A stretch of DNA of 26,478 bases from a virus (taxonomy: Duplodnaviria; Heunggongvirae; Uroviricota; Caudoviricetes): the IMG/VR virus record IMGVR_UViG_2721755724_000002. One strand, 5' to 3'. The position numbers were made by a program, and so were the translations under genes. Positions 1 through 8,490 of the stretch are shown in pieces. The notes below the pieces were generated by a model that made no database searches, had not been told where the DNA came from, and saw nothing but the letters and a program-made list of their open reading frames with translations. Within the stretch, counting starts at the first letter, position 1. The number at the start of each line of letters is the position of its first letter.

Positions 1-915
1 ATGTACTCAATAAAAAAAGTAACCATGCTCTTGGGGTGCCTCGCCCTCACCTGCTCGATCGCATTTCAGGCGAGTGCAACTGAAAAATTCAAGGTCATTA
101 CAACATTTACCATCATCGCAGATATGGCCAAAAACGTGGCTGGAGATGCTGCAGAAGTCTCATCCATAACCAAGCCCGGTGCAGAAATTCATGAGTATCA
201 GCCTACCCCTGGCGATATTAAACGTGCGCAGGGGGCACAACTGATTCTCGCCAATGGTATGAATCTGGAATTGTGGTTCCAACGCTTTTACCAGCATCTT
301 AATGGGGTTCCAGAAGTAATTGTCTCTTCGGGTGTGACGCCAGTAGGGATCACTGAAGGCCCCTATGAGGGCAAACCTAACCCCCATGCCTGGATGTCGC
401 CAGATAATGCTCTGATTTACGTCGATAATATTCGTGATGCGTTGATAAAATACGATCCGGCAAATGCACAAACCTACCAACGTAATGCCGATACTTATAA
501 AGCCAAGATTACCCAAACCCTTGCCCCCCTGCGTAAGCAGATTGCTGAACTCCCTGAGAATCAGCGATGGATGGTCACCAGTGAAGGGGCTTTTTCTTAT
601 CTCGCACGCGATTTGGGGCTAAAAGAGCTTTATCTGTGGCCGATTAATGCCGATCAACAAGGCACGCCGCAGCAGGTACGTAAGGTTGTTGATATGGTGA
701 AGAAAAATCATATCCCGGCAGTCTTTAGCGAGAGTACGATTTCCGATAAACCAGCGCGTCAGGTTGCGCGTGAAACCGGCGCGCACTACGGCGGTGTACT
801 CTATGTCGATTCCCTGAGCACAGAAAACGGCCCGGTACCTACGTATATCGACCTTCTGAAGGTTACTACCAGTACGCTGGTACAGGGAATTAAAGCCGGG
901 AAAAGGGAGAAATAA
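1..915 (+). CDS. sitA: Periplasmic Mn/Fe-binding protein of an ABC transporter (SitA/YfeA/MntC family)
   Basis: 304-aa ORF with ATG at position 1; hydrophobic N-terminal signal sequence; close resemblance to YfeA/SitA solute-binding proteins ([30 protein letters not shown]); stop overlaps the next ATG (TAATG). Confidence 0.85.
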   Translation: MYSIKKVTMLLGCLALTCSIAFQASATEKFKVITTFTIIADMAKNVAGDAAEVSSITKPGAEIHEYQPTPGDIKRAQGAQLILANGMNLELWFQRFYQHLNGVPEVIVSSGVTPVGITEGPYEGKPNPHAWMSPDNALIYVDNIRDALIKYDPANAQTYQRNADTYKAKITQTLAPLRKQIAELPENQRWMVTSEGAFSYLARDLGLKELYLWPINADQQGTPQQVRKVVDMVKKNHIPAVFSESTISDKPARQVARETGAHYGGVLYVDSLSTENGPVPTYIDLLKVTTSTLVQGIKAGKREK

Positions 916-1240
916 TGATGCAATCTGCGGGCATTGTCGTTAATGATGTTACTGTCACCTGGCGTAACGGGCACACAGCACTGCGCGATGCATTCTTCAC
1001 AGTACCAAGTGGATCTATTGCCGCTCTGGTTGGGGTAAACGGTTCCGGAAAATCGACGTTGTTTAAAGCGATTATGGGATTTGTGCGTCTGACCAGCGGA
1101 AAGATATCTGTTCTGGGTATTCCCACGCGACAGGCGCTACAGAAAAACCTGGTTGCCTACGTCCCTCAGTCAGAAGAGGTTGACTGGTCATTTCCTGTAC
1201 TAGTGGAAGATGTGGTGATGATGGGCCGCTACCGGGCAAA
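915..1240 (+). pseudogene. sitB: sitB (ABC transporter ATPase), 5' fragment truncated at a recombination junction
   Basis: Walker [10 protein letters not shown] present; SitB/YfeB-like sequence runs only to about VMMGRY (codon ~106). The track ORF continues to 1310 as antisense of the neighbouring fragment; no ABC signature or Walker B follows. Confidence 0.7.
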
Positions 1241-1249
1241 ACATCCGTC

Positions 1250-1650
1250 AACAGTTCATCAATTTCTGTCGGGCCGAAGCCTGTCAGGGAGACATCAAAA
1301 TCAGCATTGATTAGGTCCGACAGCTCCATCCGCAACAGATCTTCATCCCAGCCAGCATTCATCGGTAGGCGATTATCTGCCAGGCGGTACGCCTTTTTCT
1401 GCTCATCCGTCAGGCCAGACAGAACAATGACCGGAACAGAATCCATTTTGAGCATTTCAGCCGCCATAACACGACCGTGACCCGCAATAATTTCGCCCTT
1501 TTCGTCAATCAGCACCGGATTAGTCCAGCCGAATTGCTTAATACTTTCTACCAGTTGTGCCACCTGCTCAGTACTGTGCGTCCTGGCGTTGTGCGCATAC
1601 GGTGACAATTCTTGTAATGGGCGATAGACTATCTTTAATTTCTCGCTCAT
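1250..1650 (-). pseudogene. ParB-like nuclease-domain protein, N-terminal fragment (possibly ynaK-like), 3' truncated at the sit junction
   Basis: ATG at 1650 with AAGG Shine-Dalgarno; N-terminal ~130 aa look ParB/Srx-like (LSPYAHNARTHS, IIAGHGRVMAA). Downstream part of the track ORF ([12 protein letters not shown]...) is the reverse translation of sitB. Position next to trkG matches ynaK in Rac; symbol left blank because I cannot confirm identity. Confidence 0.5.
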
Positions 1651-1787
1651 ACAGCCTTGCTTTATGAATAAAACGCACCCCAGCAGCCAGTGCTACTGGG
1701 GGCGGAGGTGTTGCTGGTAAAGTTAGGTATTGGATCAATGAGTGAGTCAATATAATATTAAACTCACAATTATAAATCAGCCATATA

Positions 1788-3245
1788 TTAGGAGCGCCAA
1801 AAAAAACCTGAAAACAATATAATAACAGGATAAATTTCAAGGCGACCAAGAATCATAGCTATGCACATTAAATATTTTGCAATGTCATTAAGCACTCCGA
1901 ATGACGATGCAGTAGCCCCAAAACCTAATCCCATATTATTAATACATGCAGCCACTGTTGCAAATGATGTAAGAAAATCATATCCCATACCATTTAACAC
2001 CAGTATAAAAAACACCGTGAAGAGAGTATAAAGAAAAAAGAAACTCCATACAGACCTCATTACACGATCTGTAACTATCTTCCCTCCTACATTTACACTC
2101 AACAACGCTCTGGGATGAGAAAGCTGATTTATCTCGTGTTTGCTTTGTTTGAAAAGTATAAGAAATCGAAGTGACTTAATTCCACCACAAGTTGAACCTA
2201 TACATCCCCCAAAGAAACTTGACGACAGCAAAAACACTATCGTGTGCGTGGGCCAGTTTGCATAATCCTGCGTAGCTAAACCATTATCAGTGAGCATGGA
2301 GCTGGCAAGAAAAAACGAATGAATAAAACTTCCATGCAAGTCATACATACCTATATGCCAGACCTGGAAAGAGGTAACAATGATCACCCCTAAGGCTATT
2401 AACAGAAAGAAACGAAGTTCAATATCTCTGATTAAAGGTTTTATCGTTTTCCTGCTAATAACAATATACCAAAGAGTGAAGTTGAAAGCCGATAGCAGGG
2501 AAAAAGAACCAGCCACCAGCTCAACCAAATAGTTATTAAAATATCCGATACTCTCGCTATGAGTTGAGAAACCACCAAGCGAAACTGTGGAAATCCCGTG
2601 ACAAATAGCATCAAACAAAGGCATTCCTGCAAGTCTATAACAGACAATACAAGCAATACCTAATAAAGAATAAGTTATCCACAGTGTCCGTGACGTATCG
2701 GCCAGGCGGGGAGTGAGTTTGTCATCCTTAAATGGCCCCGGCATTTCTGACTGATAAAGCTTTGCACCACCAATACCCAATAATGGCAATACAGCAACCG
2801 CCAGAACAATAACTCCTAAACCACCTATAAAATTTAACTGTGACCGATAGTACAAATATGCCCGAGGTAATGAACTAACATCATCAATTACAGTTGCTCC
2901 TGTTGTTGTTATTCCAGAAACCCCTTCAAACAGAGCATCAATGAACGTTAAATTAAGTTCTGAGTCAATCCATAAAGGGAATGCACTAATAACAGAAAAC
3001 AAAATCCAAAACATTACAATTATAATAAACCCATCACGGGTACGTAATTGAATGCCAGATTTCTTAGTTGTATACCACGCTCCGCCACCAATGCAAAAAA
3101 ACATAACGAAAGTTATAAAGAAAACGAACAGGCTTTTTTCTTTATAAAACAATGCTACAACCATTGGTGGCAACATTGAAAGACTATAGAGCCAAACCAG
3201 AAACCCACACATATGAGTAACAACTCTTACATGAGATGTATTCAT
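1788..3245 (-). CDS. trkG: TrkG/TrkH-family potassium uptake membrane protein
   Basis: Polytopic membrane protein with TrkH-type repeats; AT-rich gene, as for Rac trkG. Track ORF starts at TTG 3263; first ATG (MNTSHVRVV) at 3245 gives 485 aa. Confidence 0.85.
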   Translation of the reverse strand: MNTSHVRVVTHMCGFLVWLYSLSMLPPMVVALFYKEKSLFVFFITFVMFFCIGGGAWYTTKKSGIQLRTRDGFIIIVMFWILFSVISAFPLWIDSELNLTFIDALFEGVSGITTTGATVIDDVSSLPRAYLYYRSQLNFIGGLGVIVLAVAVLPLLGIGGAKLYQSEMPGPFKDDKLTPRLADTSRTLWITYSLLGIACIVCYRLAGMPLFDAICHGISTVSLGGFSTHSESIGYFNNYLVELVAGSFSLLSAFNFTLWYIVISRKTIKPLIRDIELRFFLLIALGVIIVTSFQVWHIGMYDLHGSFIHSFFLASSMLTDNGLATQDYANWPTHTIVFLLSSSFFGGCIGSTCGGIKSLRFLILFKQSKHEINQLSHPRALLSVNVGGKIVTDRVMRSVWSFFFLYTLFTVFFILVLNGMGYDFLTSFATVAACINNMGLGFGATASSFGVLNDIAKYLMCIAMILGRLEIYPVIILFSGFFWRS

Positions 3246-3382
3246 ATCTAAATATTCTTTCAATTATAACCACCTTGCTGCAATATTATGATTATACTGT
3301 ATAAAATTTAACTCCTCTTAGATCTTACTTCACTGTTCCTTATGAAACAATCATCAAAATGAATCATATTGTAGTTAAGATT

Positions 3383-3847
3383 TTACTTTAAACACTGTTC
3401 GGTTATGTATTGCTGAGCACCTTCAAGTTGGGCCTGCATCATTACCAGTCGTTCCCGGAGGGTGAAATAATCCCGTTCAGCGGTGTCTGCCAGTCGGGGG
3501 GAGGCTGCATTATCCACGCCGGAGGCGGTGGTGGCTTCACGCACTGACTGACAGACTGCTTTGATGTGCAACCGACGACGACCAGCGGCAACATCATCAC
3601 GCAGAGCATCATTTTCAGCTTTCGCATTAGCTAACTCCTTCGTGTATTTTTCATCCAGTGCAGCAACATCACGCTGGCGCATCTGCATGTCAGTAATTGC
3701 CGCGTTCGCCAGCTTCAGTTCTCTGGCATTTTTGTCGCGCTGGGCTTTGTAGGTAATGGCGTTATCACGGTAATGATTAACAGCCCATGACAGGCAGACG
3801 ATGATGCAGATAACCAGAGCGGAGATAATCGCGGTTACTCTGTTCAT
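3383..3847 (-). CDS. rzpR: Rz-type inner-membrane spanin (i-spanin)
   Basis: N-terminal TM helix then coiled-coil-like periplasmic region ([20 protein letters not shown]); ATG at 3847 overlaps endolysin stop (ATGA); Rz1 embedded in +1 frame. Track ORF starts at GTG 3859. Confidence 0.8.
   Translation of the reverse strand: MNRVTAIISALVICIIVCLSWAVNHYRDNAITYKAQRDKNARELKLANAAITDMQMRQRDVAALDEKYTKELANAKAENDALRDDVAAGRRRLHIKAVCQSVREATTASGVDNAASPRLADTAERDYFTLRERLVMMQAQLEGAQQYITEQCLK
3442..3627 (-). CDS. rzoR: Rz1-type outer-membrane lipoprotein spanin (o-spanin), embedded in Rz
   Basis: 61-aa ORF inside Rz in another frame; signal peptide with lipobox LVVVGC and proline-rich mature part ([15 protein letters not shown]), typical of Rz1. 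Confidence 0.7.
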   Translation of the reverse strand: MRKLKMMLCVMMLPLVVVGCTSKQSVSQCVKPPPPPAWIMQPPPDWQTPLNGIISPSGNDW

Positions 3848-4341
3848 TGCTGACCCCACAAACAGATTTCACGCTCAATCTCACGACGAGTCATGAGACC
3901 TTTCCATTGCTTACCGCCAGCATATGTCCAGCGACGTAGCTGATCACATGCGCCTTTGATATCGCCCTGGTTTATTTTGCGAAGAAGCGTCGATGTTCTG
4001 AAATTGCCAGCACCCACGTTGTAAACGAATGAGTAAAGAGCGCCGCGCGTTGTTTCCGGTATATCGACTTCGATGTACGGGTTAATTTGTCTGGCGACAG
4101 TGGCAAGGTCTTTATTCAAGAGTGCTTTGCATTCTGCTTTGGTATACGTTTTACCGAGCATGATGTCTTTTCCTGTATGCCCGTGACATACAGTCCATAC
4201 ACCAACAATATCTTTGTATGGTATGTAGCTGACACCTTCCAGACCATCGTTACCACTTGGGCCAGTGATTAACACTGATGCTATAGCAATTGCTCCGCCA
4301 CCAATAGCAGCAGCAACGGCTTTTCGTAATGATGGAGGCAT
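3844..4341 (-). CDS. Phage lysozyme (SAR endolysin, phage 21 R-like)
   Basis: 165 aa; N-terminal signal-anchor-release segment ([18 protein letters not shown]) then lysozyme catalytic region ([10 protein letters not shown]...VCHGHTG); start overlaps holin stop (TAATG). Confidence 0.85.
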   Translation of the reverse strand: MPPSLRKAVAAAIGGGAIAIASVLITGPSGNDGLEGVSYIPYKDIVGVWTVCHGHTGKDIMLGKTYTKAECKALLNKDLATVARQINPYIEVDIPETTRGALYSFVYNVGAGNFRTSTLLRKINQGDIKGACDQLRRWTYAGGKQWKGLMTRREIEREICLWGQQ

Positions 4342-4556
4342 TATTCACCTCTCGCAGCCTTGCGCTTATCTTCTTTAATCTTGAAATAAAGGTTTGTCAG
4401 GTACGTCAGCAGGCCAAAAACCAGACTACCCAGCACACCGATTGCAGCCCACTGTGACGGAGTTACTCTATCGAGCAACTGTAAAAACCAGTAGCCAGCA
4501 CTGCCTGCGGAGGTGCCATAGGCGACACCCGTTGTTAACTTATCCATGGATTTCAT
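4341..4556 (-). CDS. Class II pinholin (phage 21 S-like) with dual-start motif
   Basis: [25 protein letters not shown]...[15 protein letters not shown], two TM segments, charged C-terminus; ATG at 4556 (GAGGTGG Shine-Dalgarno) and second ATG at 4547 resemble the S21 antiholin/holin starts. Track ORF extends upstream to 4649 without support. Confidence 0.8.
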   Translation of the reverse strand: MKSMDKLTTGVAYGTSAGSAGYWFLQLLDRVTPSQWAAIGVLGSLVFGLLTYLTNLYFKIKEDKRKAARGE

Positions 4557-4941
4557 AACCCCCACCTCGCAGATGCGGGCGCTGTGTAATGGAAACAAAA
4601 AATGGCCACCAGCGGCCCGTAAAAAACACCCCGTCAAAAGCACCGGCATCCGCAGATGCCCTTTGCGTGGCGTTATTTGATGCGCGCCAGATGTGGCGCA
4701 AAGAAATGAAATAAGACTTATCGAAAATTAAGGTTAATTTGATGATTTAAACCACTTCTGAAGCTTAGTAGTATGAACATGTCCCCAGAAGGGGGCCAAT
4801 ACTTATGATTCTTCATGGACTTTGTCCCGCGGCGTTAATCCGACGGCCGCGCTTTTTTTGCGCCATATTCATCGCTAACTTACATGGCATTGCCACACGG
4901 GCATTATCAGTGTCCGTGTTTCTTTTTTTAGGGTTCAGAAT

Positions 4942-4967
4942 AAAAAAAACCGCCCGGTGGAGGCGGT
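4942..4967 (-). terminator. Rho-independent terminator (minus strand) downstream of the tRNA pair
   Basis: On the minus strand: stem ACCGCC/GGCGGT (plus 4949-4954/4962-4967), 7-nt loop, then U7 (plus A-run 4942-4948). Confidence 0.5.
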
Positions 4968-5240
4968 AAAGGATGTATTTCCAGGTTTTGCTTAGTATAT
5001 GATTAATCTCAATGTCATTTTTAGCGATGTTTACAACATCGGGATGGCACATCACCGGCCCTGCCAGGAAATACAAAATCTCCACCGATAATGCACCATT
5101 CTGCTGCCGTAAAAAAATCAGCACTGAGGCTACACCTGGCCTCAAATCATAGCCAGAGAACAGAATGCTTTTTCGAAACAACCTGCTCCCACGTAATAAA
5201 AATACGCCAGTGCTGCAATACAATAAGGCTTATTTCAAAT

Positions 5241-5315
<75 letters not shown>

Positions 5316-5318
5316 GCA

Positions 5319-5396
<78 letters not shown>

Positions 5397-5612
5397 ACAG
5401 AACCGCCACCGAGGTATCGAATCTCACACCTACCACTTAAATGATGGTCGGCTCTTCCCGATGAGCAGATGGCGGTGTTCCCTTAATGGGATAGCTGTAT
5501 TCAGTAATCCGTTATTCGAATACACCATCGAAGGAACAAGCGCATTATATACATTCACGATTCGTGTTATTAGCTAATTGCGCACAACACAGCTTCATTT
5601 AACGAAATGCCC

Positions 5613-5647
5613 CCCCAGAAACAACAAAACCCGCTCAATGGCGGGTT
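5613..5647 (-). terminator. Candidate tR'-like terminator downstream of Q (minus strand)
   Basis: On the minus strand: stem AACCCGC/GCGGGTT (plus 5628-5634/5641-5647), loop of 6, then U-rich UUUUGUUGUUUCU; about 85 nt downstream of the Q stop, where lambdoid phages have pR'/tR'. Confidence 0.4.
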
Positions 5648-5730
5648 CTGGTAAAGTTCATGCGCTTGGTTCGCCTCGCGATACAGCTTTGCGAAACATA
5701 CCGGAATTGAAGCAATTTATGCGTAAAAAA

Positions 5731-6273
5731 TCAAGCTATTTTTTGAGCAAATGATTCTCGCATGGGAATATACAGGGCATATTCAGCAACGGCTAACCAA
5801 TTAGCAATTCGCTTTTCGCATGTGCTAAAACACCACTCAGGATGTGCATCATTCAGCAATTCAGCCATTTTACGCTTAGTCATCCCCCTCCCTTCATATC
5901 GTTGCCGGAGGATACAAATCAATCCTGGGTGTTTTGCCAGCACCTCACTTATGACTCTATCAATACATAACGCCTCTGCATCAGTACAATGCGCCAGCCA
6001 GGTCTTTTGCTTGCCATTGATCATCTCTCGCAAAAACGCTTCCAGCTCAGGTTTCTCTATTCCCGCTTTTTTCATCCTGCGCAGGGCTTCATTGACGGCT
6101 GTTTTCGTCAATTTTTTGGATGCCAGCAACTGGTTAAACATATTTCCCGTCTTACCGCCGCCAATATACGACCAGCGCCCCCACATGCGCAGTTTTCCCT
6201 GAATCCAGACACTTTCCAGCGTGGTGAGACGAAGGTGTTCCCCGCTTTTGCCTGTATTTGTTGGGTAAATCAT
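5731..6273 (-). CDS. Putative late-gene antitermination protein Q
   Basis: 180 aa from ATG 6273 with AAGGAAGG Shine-Dalgarno, overlapping the upstream stop (ATGA); contains the W-G-x-W motif (LRMWGRW) seen in Q-like antiterminators; lies immediately upstream of terminator, tRNAs and lysis cassette. Track ORF extends to 6393 without RBS support. Confidence 0.6.
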   Translation of the reverse strand: MIYPTNTGKSGEHLRLTTLESVWIQGKLRMWGRWSYIGGGKTGNMFNQLLASKKLTKTAVNEALRRMKKAGIEKPELEAFLREMINGKQKTWLAHCTDAEALCIDRVISEVLAKHPGLICILRQRYEGRGMTKRKMAELLNDAHPEWCFSTCEKRIANWLAVAEYALYIPMRESFAQKIA

Positions 6274-6560
6274 AAATAACCTTCCTTTCTCCAGATTTCT
6301 TGTGTGCGAAAAACACCTTCTGCATGCATCAGGCGTAATTCTTCTTTGGTGTAATCGCTGGTTTTTACCCGCCCGTCGATTAAATCGTGGCATGAGCTAC
6401 AGGCAATCGCTGCCTGCATATCGTGTGGTTTTGTCGCTGTTCCGCACGTCCCCGCCAGCCTGTAATGCGCCAGCACAGAGGTTTCGGGATTGTGATTGCA
6501 GTAGCCAGGGATTCTGATCTGGCACATCTGGCCTTTAGCCGCTTTACGTAAATCCACCAT
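6270..6560 (-). CDS. nin-region protein, YbcO-like (DUF1364-like), Cys-rich putative nuclease
   Basis: 96-aa ORF, ATG at 6560 overlapping upstream stop; conserved cysteines (CQIRIPGYCNHNPETSVLAHYR ... CSSCHD) like DLP12 YbcO as recalled. Confidence 0.55.
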   Translation of the reverse strand: MVDLRKAAKGQMCQIRIPGYCNHNPETSVLAHYRLAGTCGTATKPHDMQAAIACSSCHDLIDGRVKTSDYTKEELRLMHAEGVFRTQEIWRKEGYL

Positions 6561-7159
6561 TACGCAAACTCCAGCAGCTGCGCAGCAACATTTTCGACTT
6601 GTTCCGGAGAGGAAAATTTACGGAACAGGATCCAGTTCCAAAGCACATTCAGTACGGATTTATAAACCTGCTGAAACTCGGTATCGTCCATGTTCGCAAA
6701 CGCGATAGATCTTGCCCTGCGTCCACGGCTACCGTCCGGATAAAAATGCTCGGTGTAAAATCCGGCCTCAATAGTTACCCATTCACGGAAAGCATCAAAT
6801 GACTTTAGCAATGCCGTATCACAGGTTCTGCGTATCGCAATGGTATTCAGATATTGTTCTGCGGCATCACTCAGGGCTGGCGTATGTTCCCGGCCGACCG
6901 AGTCACACAGATAATCAACGAAACCGGACACAAGTTTTCGTTCACGAGAGGTGATCGCCCCACCGACAGGAGTCCAGTAATCGAATCCGAGTTGCAGGAG
7001 TTTGAAAAAACGCTTGTGAAATGCGTAGTTACGAACGCGCTTAAAATCAGCGTGTATCCACTCACCTATTTTTATTTGATGCAAGAATTCGCAACTCTCC
7101 GATGTTGCCGGGAGCAGTAATCCAGAAGAGGTATGTTTGATCAGTTGTATATGTGCCAT
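6560..7159 (-). CDS. Phage nin-region protein of unknown function
   Basis: 199-aa ORF, ATG at 7159 with GGAG Shine-Dalgarno, translationally coupled to the downstream gene; no motif I can name with confidence. Confidence 0.5.
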   Translation of the reverse strand: MAHIQLIKHTSSGLLLPATSESCEFLHQIKIGEWIHADFKRVRNYAFHKRFFKLLQLGFDYWTPVGGAITSRERKLVSGFVDYLCDSVGREHTPALSDAAEQYLNTIAIRRTCDTALLKSFDAFREWVTIEAGFYTEHFYPDGSRGRRARSIAFANMDDTEFQQVYKSVLNVLWNWILFRKFSSPEQVENVAAQLLEFA

Positions 7160-7225
7160 CGGCTTTCTCCGGTGGCACGGTGTTACTCAGCAGGGGGTCA
7201 ACCCTGCGCTGAATTGTAGATGAGT

Positions 7226-7486
7226 TCAATCGTCTTCAAAAGCAGAAAAGCCAGCTTTTAATCCAATTTCTTTTAATGTCCGTAATGATGTGACAAATTC
7301 ATCTTCACGCAACATAAATCCGTCCGTCACATGCCCATTCAAGAGATATATTAACATAGCCCCACTAGGCTGTTGCAAAGCCCGTGAGCAATGAATGCAG
7401 TAACAACTAATAATTTCCCCATTTTCAACGCGCACAGCATAGAGACCATCTTTATTAAAAATTTTGCGCAACTTCTTGAAATCCAT
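7226..7486 (-). CDS. Small phage protein of unknown function (sits where rem sits in Qin-type prophages)
   Basis: 86-aa ORF with ATG at 7486 in the same orientation as neighbours; assignment by position only. Confidence 0.4.
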   Translation of the reverse strand: MDFKKLRKIFNKDGLYAVRVENGEIISCYCIHCSRALQQPSGAMLIYLLNGHVTDGFMLREDEFVTSLRTLKEIGLKAGFSAFEDD

Positions 7487-7640
7487 AAACAGAAATTTTC
7501 CAGATTAATAGCGTTCCCCTGAAGGGTCCATCCCTCTTCTCCCTGCGCGCTAACTAAGCAAACACGATTCTATTTACAACAGTCAGTCCCTCAAGACTTA
7601 CGGCTAAAAGAGTACACAAAAAGCTAATTTATCCACCACA

Positions 7641-7662
7641 ACAAAAAACCCGCCGAAGCGGG
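7641..7662 (-). terminator. Rho-independent terminator of the hok/mok mRNA
   Basis: On the minus strand: stem CCCGC/GCGGG with TTCG tetraloop then UUUUUUGUUG (plus A-run 7642-7647, hairpin 7648-7661); about 70 nt past the hok stop. Confidence 0.6.
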
Positions 7663-7731
7663 TAAGTACGGGTGCGTTGAGGATGCCTGACACATCAGAG
7701 GTGGCGGGGGATTTCTCCCCCGCCGGGTCTC

Positions 7732-7887
7732 TTACTCCTCAGGTTCGTAAGCTGTGAAGACAGCGACCTCCGTCTGGCCGGTTCGGATTCGTACCTCGCA
7801 GAGGTCTTTCCTCGTTACCAGTGCCGTCACAACGACGGTTAAACAGATGACGATCAGGGCGATTAACATCGCCTTTTGCTGCTTCAT
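7732..7887 (-). CDS. hok: Hok-family type I toxin (host killing membrane peptide)
   Basis: Reverse complement 7887-7732 translates to MKQQKAMLIALIVICLTVVVTALVTRKDLCEVRIRTGQTEVAVFTAYEPEE (51 aa), a Hok/Gef-family sequence; below the 60-aa cutoff of the track. Confidence 0.85.
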   Translation of the reverse strand: MKQQKAMLIALIVICLTVVVTALVTRKDLCEVRIRTGQTEVAVFTAYEPEE

Positions 7888-7945
7888 AGCCTGCTTCTCC
7901 TTGACCTTTTGGTCGGTAAGAGGCTAATCTACGTATGCAAAGCAT
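7739..7945 (-). CDS. mok: Mok-like overlapping reading frame (modulation of killing)
   Basis: 68-aa ORF in another frame starting upstream of hok (ATG 7945) and ending near the hok stop, the arrangement of mok in hok/sok loci. Confidence 0.55.
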   Translation of the reverse strand: MLCIRRLASYRPKGQGEAGYEAAKGDVNRPDRHLFNRRCDGTGNEERPLRGTNPNRPDGGRCLHSLRT

Positions 7946-8099
7946 AGATGTGGCCTCAGATTAATGTTAAGCGTCTTGCCGGACGCGTAATGTTAACTGG
8001 GGCTTTTCTCTATCTGCCTTTGGTGTTCATGCCCGAGGCAGACAGCCTCAAGCACCCGCAGCTATTCTACTTAACTCCCGTTACCTCGCCAATATGAAA

Positions 8100-8189
8100 T
8101 CAATCAGAAAGGTGATCCATAAGAGCAATAGCAAGACCATAGATTGCCATTACAGCCGCTATAGCCAACGCACATTTCGTAACCAGCAC
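8100..8189 (-). CDS. Candidate 29-aa hydrophobic peptide (small membrane protein or toxin-like)
   Basis: GTG at 8189 preceded by AGGAGG with 5-nt spacing; encodes (M)LVTKCALAIAAVMAIYGLAIALMDHLSD, one TM-length hydrophobic stretch; an in-frame ATG 5 codons upstream lacks an RBS. Confidence 0.3.
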   Translation of the reverse strand: MLVTKCALAIAAVMAIYGLAIALMDHLSD

Positions 8190-8490
8190 GTTAACCTCCT
8201 GCATTTGACACTCGCATGTGCTGATAAATATGTGGATGTCTCACTGGTGACTCAATAAAACTATTTGGTGTACTTAGTCTATTTTTTTTCTGTGCAACAC
8301 AACAAACCGTCACCACCAGCACTTCCTAAATGCGCTGAGTCAGACACAAGCCAACATTTTAGTCCGCTTTGAGCGAAGAGCGGACATTGATGCCCCCACA
8401 GGCTTTGAAAATATTCAATATAATCACTCCTTGAGTATAAGTTATGTAGCGGAGGAATACATCCGCTACTTTTTAATGTTATGACAGTAA

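Noticed and set aside
1310-1650. Reading the whole 1072-1650 minus ORF as an intact 192-aa protein
   Set aside because: Its C-terminal third is the reverse translation of sitB; only the N-terminal ParB-like part is credible, so I call it a truncated fragment.
2441-2656. 71-aa ORF inside trkG and 63-aa plus ORF antisense to Rz (3561-3752)
   Set aside because: Fully embedded in or antisense to well-supported genes; no RBS.
4813-5223. 136-aa minus-strand ORF between tRNAs and holin
   Set aside because: Runs through the minus-strand terminator at 4942-4967 and the plus-strand hairpins; no RBS or recognisable motif; region is better explained as structured non-coding DNA.
5400-5478. A third intact tRNA gene
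   Set aside because: D-arm and acceptor stem can be drawn but the T-arm pairs poorly, position 33 is A and there is no CCA; kept only as a possible pseudo-tRNA.
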